Shown piece by piece: positions 52,438 through 64,000 of a stretch of 64,000 bases of DNA. A program made the position numbers and the translations under genes. Source of the stretch: Oopsacas minuta (Eukaryota > Animalia > Porifera); assembly GCA_024704765.1 (NCBI GenBank), contig JAKMXF010000305.1, positions 100,682 through 164,681 on the forward strand, written 5' to 3'. The notes under the pieces are model-generated. The model was not told the DNA's origin. It saw nothing but the letters and a program-made list of their open reading frames with translations, and ran no database searches. Each line of letters begins with the position of its first letter. The stretch's first letter is position 1.

Positions 52438-53330
52438 CATAGCCTAAAAAAGATCAGGCCTGATCTTTACTTTGTATCTGGTGTAAGAGGAAGTGAAGAT
52501 ATTTTGATGGCAAATTCAATAATCACCGATAACAAGAAACTGGTACATTTTCACCCCGAATATAGGTATTATTGATATGTTGGAATTCACAAAGCCACAT
52601 TTGTCAAATATTACTGATCGAAGTGACGTTGTTTGTAAATGTGATTGGAAAATATAGATTATAAACTGACACATCTTTGAAACCATGTAGAACGTTAACT
52701 ACTAAACTAAGTTAAAAATGTTGAAATACAAAATGATCTAAAACTGTCTTTGTAAACAAAAATGAAATTTTCATATAAAAATGCACGTTTCTGAATTATC
52801 ACATTGACCATTGATTTCATATGTTTTGCCTATATCCACTTATACCTCGAAAATTCTGAGAATTATTTCAAATTAGGATAGCCAATTGATGGAATACTTC
52901 CGTACCCATGTAATTCAGGTTGAGATTATATCTCTTGCCAATATGATTTAACCATGAATATGCGGAAATATACTGGCATTTTCAGATTGCTCAATGATCT
53001 TGAATTAGTACAGAGACGGTTTTAGGTCAATTAGTATTTCAACATTTTGACAAAATAAAATTTAAAGTTCTACTTTGGTTTAAAGATGGAGCAGTTTATA
53101 ACATATATCTAGCAATTACGCTACAAGTGACGTCACTTCGATCTGAAATATTTCGCAAATGTAGCTTTTATGAATTCTTACATATCAATAATACATTTAT
53201 TCGGGGGAAATATACCAGTTTATTGTTATCGGCGATTATAGATTTCCAATCAAAATGTATCCACTTCCCTTTTATCCCTGGTCCAGTGAAAATTGACCCA
53301 ATGATCAGGTCTTATCTTTAGTAGGCTATG
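52438..53330. mobile_element. Long-TIR foldback non-autonomous element, copy 2 (P-superfamily-like)
   Basis: Termini CATAGCCTA... and ...TAGGCTATG with about 200-bp diverged inverted arms. Flanks ATATAAG and ATAGAAG give a 7-bp TSD at 6/7. Arms are similar to the 17818 copy. Confidence 0.78.
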
Positions 53331-53366
53331 ATAGAAGTTAACAGAATATTCGTTCACATGAATTAC

Positions 53367-53545
53367 CTCGATTTGTTCACGAATAAGTTCTTTCAACTCA
53401 ATGATTTCATCTTCATGGGCAGGGTTTGAACAAAGATAATCGTTTGTAAAAAAGGCATCTTCATAATTTTTCAAGCCACCCATCACAGCAGCTTCAATAA
53501 TTCCGTTCAAACGCATAGAAAGCTGATTAATAAACTGTGAATTAC
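53367..53545 (-). CDS. DOCK: DOCK family GEF, DHR2 catalytic exon (179 bp, phase 1 to phase 0)
   Basis: Acceptor ttgttcattag, donor GAG/gtaatt. Encodes (G)NSQFINQLSMRLNGIIEAAVMGGLKNYEDAFFTNDYLCSNPAHEDEIIELKELIREQIE, including the AVMGG nucleotide-sensor loop. Phase matches the 57268 exon. Confidence 0.95.
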
Positions 53546-56500
53546 CTAATGAACAAATTTTCAATTAAACGGCATGAATGGTTGTTAAGTAGACAAATCC
53601 AAGGAACATATAGTTAATCAATTTTGAAAAATCAAAAATGAAACCATGATTTCTGAAATGAATTTCGATTCTGAATATCGATCATGGGGTACTGAAAGAA
53701 TACATTACATGAATTTAAGAAAGCTGACATCTAGGACATACATAAAATGAATTAGAGTAAGTATTTGTGAAAATTTTGAAATTTAGAGAGCGAAAGTTTC
53801 TAGACAGAATTACTTTGAAGGTTGTAGAAATGGATACAATTGATTAGAACCAACTGTAATGTCATAACAAATGTTTGACAACAGTTGTTCTACAATAAAG
53901 TAACATTTTCAGGCTCAAATATGTATCAATTTTTCAAAAACTTGTCTGTTCCGTTACTTGAGATAGGTTAACAATATGGGTATTTCCTTGAATTATGACG
54001 CCCTGTATTTTGAAACTTCCAGACAATAAGAGAAAACAAACGCAATCACACGCTATTCTATCCTCTTGAACCCTTGTCGAAATTTATACACATACTTTTC
54101 AAGGTCTCATTGTGGGCGCAGCCCAGAAGTCCTCCTACCATAGCAAAACTGATAATATGATGACATATTTACTGTATACGCTATATACTGATACAGATTA
54201 ACCGCGTAGTATTATCGTGGATCCAGATGGTAGAGAATGGATGGAGGCTATATCAATACTATACTCCCATTTTCGCCAATGGAAAAGTTCGGGACAATCA
54301 AGCATTATCTAGAAAGATGGTCGATTTGTGGCATTGAACAATTGTTAGTGCAATGAAATATTCTGTACAAATTACCAGAACTAAAGTTAACTGGCATCTT
54401 TCTCACCCTAAAAGTGAACGTAATGTTATTTATTATCATGCAAAATTCTGGTATTTTCATACTTGCATGTCTACAAGATCAATAAAATCAGACAGATATC
54501 GGATGGTTAGAGACGAAGCTGTGACGGTATGTATGCGCATAATAAGTACCTGACAATATAATTTACTAATTCTTAAGCCAATTTTGAAAGTGCACTTATA
54601 CCAAATTACTTCGAAAACGTGCATATTAGCACAACTGATATCAATTATAGTTACATAGTTGTCCAGAGCTATCCCTGAACAACTCTTTTGCATTATAGAC
54701 ACTACAGAGTCCAACTGGATGGTCGAGTCGAGCAGAAATTATTGGAACCATGACCGCAGACACTGTTAGATCATAAATTACTTCCTGTTGCTAAAATGTG
54801 AAGACCCCCATTAAAACGTACAGGATAATCCCCTGGATGAATAAATGGGTGTGTTAAAAAAATGAAATTATAGGATAGATACAGATGTATAAAAAATCTA
54901 AATATGTATGAGATATGTTTCAAACAAATTTTTTGTTAGTATATTGCTTAATAAGACATGAAAAAGATATGGTATTTGAACTTAGATTCCACCACCGTTA
55001 ATACGAAAACGCGATAATTCGATAAGTTCAATATTTCGAAAAAATTCTCTTTCCCTTGAAACTCTTGTATTAATGCCATGCAAAATCAGGGCATACGAGA
55101 TGGGGTCAGGCGGGGCTTTCTTCGGGCTCATGGCAGCGGGACCTTAACTATATATTTTAAAGTGATCGCAGATGGATGTTGAATCAAGGACAGGAGTATT
55201 GGTGGTCTTAAATTGTTTCTAGGGATCTGAAAATTTTTCAATTCTCAATGTACAAATGACTATGTAGTCGGCCAGTATTGAAATGGAAAAATTTACAAAA
55301 TTGTAGTGAGATTAGAGCTGACATTTCATAGTTACTCCAATTAATAGTGTCCCTTTATGGAATTGAATTAAAAGACTAACCTAAGGGATAAAAATACTTT
55401 CAGGTATCGTGCACCAAAGAAATCCTTCTCAGAGATGGAGCTTGCTCATCCCAAACGGCTATCAGAAATAATTACTGGTAATAACCCTGGATACGATACG
55501 ATGAACCCATACCAAGCAAAAATGCAATGTAGGTACTGAAAGGAGAGGGGTTTCCAGTTAACTCGAGGCCGGATTTCAAAATTAGAAGGATATATACTCA
55601 AATTTTTTGATGTACCCAGTCCGATGCTGAGATATTTATCTACAAAGGAAGTAGTATCACTGCAGACTTGTATTTCAATAGTTGTTTATCGCCAATTGAA
55701 AAACACTATCAAGAGCGGACACTAATGTCAGGTACGCGAGGTTTGAGATTATTGCATAATAAATTATGTGAACAGAGACTGGCAAAGTCTGAACCAGAAC
55801 AAATGAGAATAATCGAGCAGAGCATCGACACTACTCACCTGGTCTAGTCCCTTGCTAGTTATGGCTATATTCAAGACAAGTGAAGGGCCATGCAGGCAAG
55901 CATTTTGCATCCCAAAATCGACCTAGGAAAGCCGTGTGGAGAACTCAAAAGCCATCTAACCCGAAGATTATAAATATGCATTTTTCGACTGGTTGGATAG
56001 TCTAAAGGGAGTCATAGATAACGAATGTGAACATTTAGAAAATGTTAAAATTATAGGTAATGATTTTGCAAGGTTACAAAAATTAAGGGCATGTCGGGAA
56101 GACTTTGAACGCCTATTGTATAAAGCTAAATTAGTGTTTACTTGGAAAATTGTTGCTAAAAGGTAACAATCATTATTCAACTGTTAACAGGATTTCACCC
56201 TCTCTAATTATTTTCGTTGTGAATATTATACTTAGGGTATCCAAATAGTTCATAATCTTGCATTATCGAGCATGCATAAATATTTACTATAGCAAAACTA
56301 CAATATATTTGTGAAGTTAAAAATCTTCTACAAAAACGTATCAGGATAACGAATATATCCAAATAAAAATGTCATTTTATGCTTTTATCAGAGTACTACA
56401 AATGGGCTTTCAGAGCTGTATCTCTCCCCCCAAAATTTATATAATATAGGAGAAATTTCAGATTTAATTATCCATGGTCATGCCATATTACATTTAAAAG

Positions 56501-57267
56501 CCTTCTGTAGTGGCACTGGAGATACTATGTAGCTTTTGATTAGTGGTCTCGGCATTTCATGCGTCGGGTATCAAAAAAGCATGAAATTTTCAAATTAGGA
56601 AAATTTGAATGTGTTTGTAGAGTCAGGATGACGTAGTAATCAAATAATGAGTTTGCATTTGCTCATAATTATGACGTCAGGACATTTGCCAGATTGAGGG
56701 GTAGCTGTGATTCAAATTTCAAACTTTTACCATGTATATGGGCTGAGCAGTGGTAAATAATGTGAAATCAAAAAGTTCACAATGACGTCATAATTTGTCA
56801 GAGGTGTGAATTTACTTCCAAGACTCGAACTTGTCTGAACCAGGCCCAAAATACCCCTATATACCACTTATCAGCTCTGGAGGTCTTCGGTTTCTTCAAT
56901 CATTTCTGGACACACAAACATATCTATATATGTAAATATAGAATAATTTCGTAATATTAGTATAGACCAGGCAAATACTTCGGGAAAAGCCAGAAATAAA
57001 ATAACATAAAATATTTGAAAATTTGTTGTATTCTATAAATTTCCATTAATGATTTGAGGTAAAACGTATAAATTCTGGACTATAATAATTAAAAATTAAT
57101 TGGTCTGATCACATATCCTGGAATGTAGTTTCCTGAATATGCGCTATGGCATAATGTACATAGGTTACGATTACATAAATCACTAATCTAATTTTAGTTA
57201 TAATTCGATGATTTATATAGAAATATATCTATTCGATATATTTCTATGTAAATCATTATGATCTGAC

Positions 57268-57527
57268 CTGATTTAATCGATGAAATTAATTCTTTTAATT
57301 CTGTAGAAGAGGTTTTGATAGTTTCAAGTGCATATTCAAGAGGACTGATCTCTCTAATTTCAGTTGAAATCACAGGAAAAGATTTAAGCAACCCAGGAAA
57401 CTTAGCGTTAGTAGAATACACAGTGCGTTCCAACCATAAAGTTTTAAATTCATTGGCTTTATCCTTTTCCCCTTTGTGAAAGGGCCTGGAGTGTCTAAAT
57501 CTTGAGACATTATTGACTTTATAGAAG
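57268..57527 (-). CDS. DOCK: DOCK family GEF, DHR2 exon (260 bp, phase 2 to phase 1)
   Basis: Acceptor tctcttttag, donor CAG/gtcaga. Encodes FYKVNNVSRFRHSRPFHKGEKDKANEFKTLWLERTVYSTNAKFPGLLKSFPVISTEIREISPLEYALETIKTSSTELKELISSIKS, which aligns by eye to DOCK1-5 DHR2 lobes B/C. Confidence 0.93.
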
Positions 57528-59372
57528 CTAAAAGAGAATATAGTGAATCAGAATAGCCTAATTGTTCTATAGTAAAGTATATAACAATAACAAGGATGCA
57601 TCTAAGAATTCGTAATACACAACCAATATTCTACATCCTGCCATGTAATAATTAAATTTAGGAAATTCAAGTAACTACTATGGAGATTTCACCCAATTAA
57701 ATTAACAAAAGAAATACATAGATATATATTCAATGTAATCTAACTAATTATAGTTACTATGTCCCTCATCTGAACTCCCAAAGTGCAATTTCGTATGATA
57801 TGGTGGATATCGAATCAGATCTCTCACTCTTCTAAACTTGAAAATAAAATTTTAAAGGAATGCTTTGATAAATGTTAAAATGTTTCTGGGATGTGAAACA
57901 TATTCCTCATTGGCAAATCTAATGGACTCGTCACATAAATGCAATATCAGAATAAAGAATGCTAATATCCAAATATCAATGAGTATAGAGAGGTCATAAT
58001 GAAAACAAACGTTTGAACAAGGTAACTAAAGGTTAAAGAACTGAAGTTTGTCAAGTCAATTATGGCAAATGTTCAAATTATTGACAGTCATACTGAATAA
58101 TAATGTCATGTACATGCATATTTAGAGAAATCTATAATGTATACAAAGAATTCGAATATTTGATATCATTCGAACACAATTGCCATTAAATTTTCTAAGC
58201 AGAGGAAAACTATGTGAAAAATGGTAAATTCAAAGTTGAAAAGAAGATTAATGTAAGAAATATTTAAGACTGAACTTGCCAAAGCATGGACGGAAGTAAA
58301 CTTGAATGCTAACTGCTAACGATAAGAGTATTAGTCAATATATTATCTAGAGGATGCAAGCCCTACAGGCGAATAATTCAGGTGATATATTTCTAGGAGT
58401 AGGAGCATTTTGCCGATACTCCAATATGGTAATGCAAAAATATATAGGCAGGGCATATAAATACCCAATATACTAAAACATAGTCAGCAGAGTAATTAGG
58501 AAGCACACTTAGACGTATGATGTGTGGTAAGACCCTAGATGAAAACCTGGAATCTTTGAGGTATCTAAATTACTACAATTAACACGTACATTGGGAAAGT
58601 GTATGTATAACCAGAAACCTGTACAATTGTGAATTAGCAAATTCAACTAAATTATGTACATAGAACATTAGCGGATGCAGGAATCGTCATAAATGGGCCC
58701 AGGTAGTGGCGGATCAAATATCTCTCTTGGCAATATCAACCAAGCTGGCGGCTAAAAATTGTCTACCAGATAAAATTCTTTCAGTGAGGCCAGTTAAAGA
58801 TTATTATAACCCACATAGTTTTAGAAAAAGATTGAGGTAAAGAAAAACTATTACCTACTATTTCTTCAACTAGTATCATCACACATGTCTCATTGTTATA
58901 ATATACCATGTTAGAGAAATTAACGAGAGAATGCAATAGTCAAAGAGAATTTCTTAGTGAATCTGAATTTAAATTCGTGAGAGTTTACAATAATGGGTCT
59001 GGGGGTGCCATGTAGGATCTGAGTGGGCTACAAGGGTGAACCTCCAATTAAATAACAAAAAGTTCATTGGTATTTGAATTATGGCAATTCGCATCATCTT
59101 TCATTTTGTGATGAGAATAATGCTCTAATAGTATGTTGGCGCATTAGCAAGGGAGGTTTGCGTCAAATATTGAAAAAATACAACTTGCTACTTTGCAAAT
59201 CCAAGGATAAGTTTCATTCTATAATTACATATTGAAGGTTCACGGAGATAGGTATCTGTGATATATTTTGTAAAAACTGGAATGATTGTAACATTGTAGA
59301 AAACTAACTGTCTCCCAAAAAGAAAAATTACAAGTGTTCCTAGTTGTACAAGAAATAGAATAGTGCTAAATA

Positions 59373-59666
59373 CAGTAGACCCTCACAAATCCGAACCTTG
59401 TTAATCCGAAAACTCGCTAATCTGAACAAGGCCTAAAGGTTATACAACCTTTGGAAACGGTATAACCTTTCAAAAAGAAAATAATTATATCAAATCTACT
59501 ACGGAGTAAATGATAGTGTATTAAACATGTGGGATCGTATTCATCGTTACTACAATTTCAAATTTTTTAGCCCTAGATCCTAAAGTATTGTTTCAATTCA
59601 GTTCGCCAATCCGAACGCATTATTTTGCCATGGAACAGTGCTGTTTTGATCAACGAGGGTGTACTG
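59373..59666. mobile_element. Tigger-like MITE (about 294 bp)
   Basis: TIRs CAGTAGACCCTC versus CAGTACACCCTC, TA on the left. Internal ATCCGAA repeats and a short palindrome near 59436-59470. Confidence 0.65.
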
Positions 59667-60495
59667 GATAGAATTAAGTCATAGAAAATATCACTCAAGG
59701 AAATTAAGGAAAAGGAGATTGCCGAGATTTGGATAATACCTCGGTAATTTCATGACACGATATTCTCCAATAATAGAGCATCTGCACCGGGCATGGAAGA
59801 GGCCCACTAATTATCCAGTATAGGCTTTTCAGCATCTTGAATACATTTCTAAAGTTGGGGTATGCTCCTGGTATCATGGGACTCCCTTTGGATCTGCCAC
59901 AGAACATAATATTTGCATAATAAAGACGAAAATGAAAAAAAATTTTTCTCCATAATCCACATAGAATGTAAATATTGCATACTACCGAGCAATTCAAACG
60001 CTCAAATTTGTTGAGGACAAGCCATCTTCGGTAGATTATTTCCAGATCACACCATTAGACACTTCTCTATAGCTAGTTAGCTAGCTATAAAGTCGGGAAA
60101 TTATGGAAAATGGGTAATATACATTGCTTTTCATTTTGATGGAGAAGTATTATATCTCTCATTTTTTCAAAACCATGGATTACTTCAAGTCTATTTTATT
60201 ATTGACCCATGATGTTCAAATACATTGTTAATAAAATAATTAAGAAACAGAAATTTGTATAGGAGGGTAAGTATTATTCACTTTTTTACATTGAGATACA
60301 CTCAACTGTAGGCCACGACAAGACCTATATTGTCTGTATCAATTACCAACTCGATATATATACATCCTTTGACCCATTTTTCAATAGTTCAGTTATTATT
60401 TACCGATATTTCCTTACTACTTAACAATATGCTTAATAGATGTAGTGTGGCCAACTTTCCTCCAATTATGACGAACTAATTATACTGTGTTTCAA

Positions 60496-63310
60496 ATGGC
60501 GAATCATTGGTCAAAATAATTGCAGGTTGAATAATGAAGATTTTTTCCATAGAGATGATGCATGGGAATAGGAAAAGTCTTCATCTGTTTGAAACATTTC
60601 AATGACAGTGACATGTACTTCACTTCGATATTCCTATGGGTGATGGTACAGTGGAGAAATTTCAAGAAAGCCTGGTCACATGAAAATGCTAGGTCCGTCA
60701 ATCTACCTAACTTCTCTTTTATTTACAAGGATCTTCTAAAGCACATGATTGTTTGGACCAAAATGAAATTGATATCCGATATTTTCGTTATGCTCTTGAG
60801 TTGAGTTGTGCTGAAGATAAAAAAGAAATGATAGCTTTTCTGTTATTAATATTAATGGCATCCAGCTAAAGTTTAGGACAATTATCTTAACTGAAAAATG
60901 GACTTATATTCGCTCAAGTCAGGGTACATTGCATATTTTCAAGAAGGTACTATCTGGATCACTATTGACCATATCTGCTCAGATCTGTATAGGTGATTCT
61001 TTATATGTAAGGGAGTTTTGTAAATGAAGTTAAAATTCCATCCATAATTACTAGCCTTCTGATATTCGTCAAATTTATCAGCTAACTCAAAAGCTTGACA
61101 TACATCAACAAGATATTGTTGAGATTGGCATCAATATTGCTATACATTCAGTTAGATCTACCATAGAAATTTAGAACTTTGTGGAGAAGATTCCCAGAGG
61201 ATAAAATCTTCAATCGACTTTAATTTATTTATATCACCTTGAAAATATGAAGAATTCGAAGAACAACCACCAAAATAATATATTAACTTTGGTTCTATCT
61301 CTAAAGGCTCAACTAATCCCTTCAGGTTGCTACAGTTATCTGCAATCATTAAACGGTATCTCTCTGCCTTATCCATCTACTCAATCAAACCTCTCTATTC
61401 AAATATTGGTTCAGGCACAAGTTTTACAGATTATCTGAAGGTAGCATCCAGGACTTCAACAAATTTACGAAACATGTTCTTCAACAGTTGAAACAATTCA
61501 CGAAAGGTCAGATTACACTTATATGGGCAAAATCCATGTTTCTTTTCTACAAACTGTTACAACACATGCAGAGAACAATTCTTTTTCTATATGATTCAGC
61601 TAAGATGGTTCTAGCATTTCAAGTTTCCCTTTCACAAAGTGGTTTGAAATTGTGAAACTTCTACCATGTTGTAATACAAATCTTTTGACTTACTTCCAGC
61701 AATGAAGCAAATTATTATTGACAACGAGTAGTGTGGTCTTAAGGTAGTAGTAATTTGTACAGATGATTATTTAAGTAGCTACCTGGTAGTACAAGTTTAC
61801 AGTTAACTTGTCAAAACCCATCAGATCATACTAGATCCATTTTCTTGAAATATGACCCGTTTTACATAGTGAAGTATATCCGAAATAACTGAATAAATCA
61901 GAAGGATATCTATCTTCCAATCAATCGAACAATACTTTAGTGAAACATTTCCTTATTGTGTTTCAAACGCTTCATTCAAAGACATCAGGAATACACACAA
62001 GTCCGGACAGTACTCTACTGCTAGGATTACTAATAAATTAACATCCAAAGTTACATGGCCACCAGTTCTTGAAAGACAAAGTGTCCCTTTAGCTCTTGCA
62101 GTTTGGGATCAGTCAACAGTAAATGTTATGTTGATGTATAATGAAGAGATTATGATTTCCAACCAAACATATCAATATATTTTTCTCATAACCAAATTTT
62201 GGAAGATATATAACATTCATAGTCCAGGTAACGATATTCAACTACGCGACCCTGATTCAAAGGTTTTCTTGCTTGGAGATGATCGTGTTGTGTTCTTTAC
62301 AAAGTTTGTATCTTGACTTCAGGATTGAAAGAGCTATAGTTGTAGTGGTAGAACTGGGAAACTTAGTTCACAACATATAACAGCTTACTTCACACTTGTC
62401 AAGTTATACCAACAATCATTAACCATTTAACAAGCAGTAATAGTGGATTTTCTTACGTTTTGACAGGATTGCTACAAAACGATCCTCTTGAAAAACACTC
62501 CGAGGTTTACTGATTAATGTCTGGTTGTAATTATAATATTTCAGTCAGCCAAATACTTGAGAGTGAACGTAGAATTAAAGTATCTAACATCTTAAAGTTA
62601 ATCAGAGCTTAAGACAGCAAATTTGAGACTGTGGTGAAGGAAATTTAAAGACTTTCCATTGTAAGAATGAACTTGATAATACTGAAACATTCTAAACAGA
62701 CCTGCACATATACTCTTCTCTTCTCCATCAGAACTTTGATTTTTCATCGAAGAGAGAAGTTCGCCAGTCCTTAGCTTTCATTACTGGATATGCTATACAA
62801 AATATTTGCATATCAAAATAGTATTCAAAGAAAGCTAATTCCAATTCCAATTCCACCACGTCATTATGTAATAGTTGTGTATTATTACTCATGTAAAATG
62901 AAACCTTTACACTGGAGAGTAAAGTTTCTGACTTGAAGCAAATACACTAACTGACCGAGGAGTGCTTAAATATCGTTCAGATGTTGTTGTCAATGCAGAA
63001 ATAACTCTGTTCAAATCCAATATAGAATCGAACAGGACAATCGACTGAGTAGACAATTTCTTGCTGCTACCAGTGAAACTATTCTTATTCAACTCGTAAT
63101 TTCGAGGATAGAATTTGAGAATTTTGATTTTTGGAGATTTGAGTGCAATAGTTGTCAAACATCATTCCATTGTTATCTCAGCAAAATAGTATCTACCACC
63201 AACAGTTGGTTATTGAAGAATAAAATTCGCATCAAAACTCGAAAGGAACTTGGAAAAATGAAAAGCCAAGTTACTTGTAATGAACAACTACTTTTTATAC
63301 TCACTAAACC
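60496..63310 (+). mobile_element. Degenerate P-element-like (THAP9-type) transposase
   Basis: THAP remnant (ICLKHFNDSD...ENARSVNLPN, 60496-60730), SGCYSYLQSL..SLPYPST, LERQSVPLALAVWDQST, FWKIYNI..RDP, FSYVLTGLLQNDPLEKH..LMSGCNYNISVSQILESER and LTDRGVLKYRS. Many stops and frameshifts. TIRs not found. Confidence 0.82.
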
Positions 63311-63835
63311 ATAGCCTGTATTTGAGCTGAAAATATTAAATAGAGGCAAAATTAATGTCCATCCATACTGATGATATGCAATAAATATGTATGCATGTAT
63401 ATGTGTTTACTATATATCTATATATGTATACATATGTTTATGAGTCGAGAATTGATTGAAGAAACTGGAAGACCCAGGGCTGATTCTGGAATTGGTTCGA
63501 ACAAATAAAGTATTGAAGAAAGCTCACACCTATTACGAAATTATGAGGATATTGTCAATTTGGAGAATCACATTATTAACACTGTTCAATCAATGTATCA
63601 TGAAATAAGTTTGAAACTTGAATCACAGGTATCCTTGAGCGTGAGAAATATCAAGACGATAATACTTTCACCAATGCAAACTCATCATGAAATTATTAGC
63701 TCATCATGACTGAACATAAATCAAAATTAACCGAATTTTGGTTTTTGAGAATTCCAATATTTCGAGAATTCCATAATAGTCGAGGGACAGAGTGCCCAGA
63801 TTACCAACTAAGACCAAGTAACAGCTCCAGTACTA

Positions 63836-64000
63836 CAGTGGAAGCCGCTTAATCGGGACAGCTCGGAGTCAATGTTTGTCCCGATTACCCGATTGTCCCG
63901 ATTAACCGATTATGATTATTTAAGTATTCAAAACTAGTTTTTCATTGTCACATGGCCAGATATATCTTATTTCTATACTACTAATCCTGATTTATCTAGG
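63836..64000. mobile_element. Tigger/pogo-like MITE, truncated by window end
   Basis: TA+CAGTGGAAGCCGCTTAATCGGGAC...; collinear with the reverse complement of 22960-23126. Confidence 0.8.

Noticed and set aside
59704-59997. Minus-strand ORF with AG/GT boundaries as the DOCK exon preceding FYKVN
   Set aside because: No resemblance to the expected YIQ..V.P segment, and it ends in phase 0 whereas phase 2 is needed.
62907-63158. Minus-strand Ser/Thr-rich ORF as an upstream DOCK exon
   Set aside because: It is antisense to recognisable P-transposase C-terminal motifs and has no DOCK similarity.
1530-63158. Most 60-100 aa ORFs in the supplied track
   Set aside because: They are low-complexity F/I/L/Y-rich translations of AT-rich intron, or off-frame and antisense readings of TE relics.

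Overview
AT-rich animal (eukaryotic) genomic DNA. No prokaryotic features, rRNA, tRNA or CRISPR arrays were seen. Two host genes converge. The last coding exon of a LATS/Warts kinase lies on the + strand (4908-5256). The 3' part of a DOCK1-5-type Rac GEF lies on the - strand, with DHR2 exons at 57268-57527, 53367-53545 and 39579-39759. These are followed by phase-compatible C-terminal exons at 39442-39518, 22194-22376 and 13413-13516. Its upstream exons were not found and probably lie beyond 64000. Most of the rest is intron or intergenic space packed with transposon copies and relics. Recognisable groups are four Tc1/mariner lineages (DD34D twice, DD37D, DD37E nearly intact, DD41D), pogo/Tigger-like MITEs, hAT elements with 8-bp TSDs, a MULE nested in a Gypsy relic, a Chapaev3-like element, and a THAP-bearing P-element relic. 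There is also a long-TIR foldback family with 7-bp TSDs. I found no convincing novel multi-gene system. The best leads are possible alternative DOCK C-termini (short stop-containing exon versus distal Ser/Pro-rich exons), the P-like foldback family, and a few unexplained exon-like segments. All calls are by eye, without database searches; relic boundaries are approximate.
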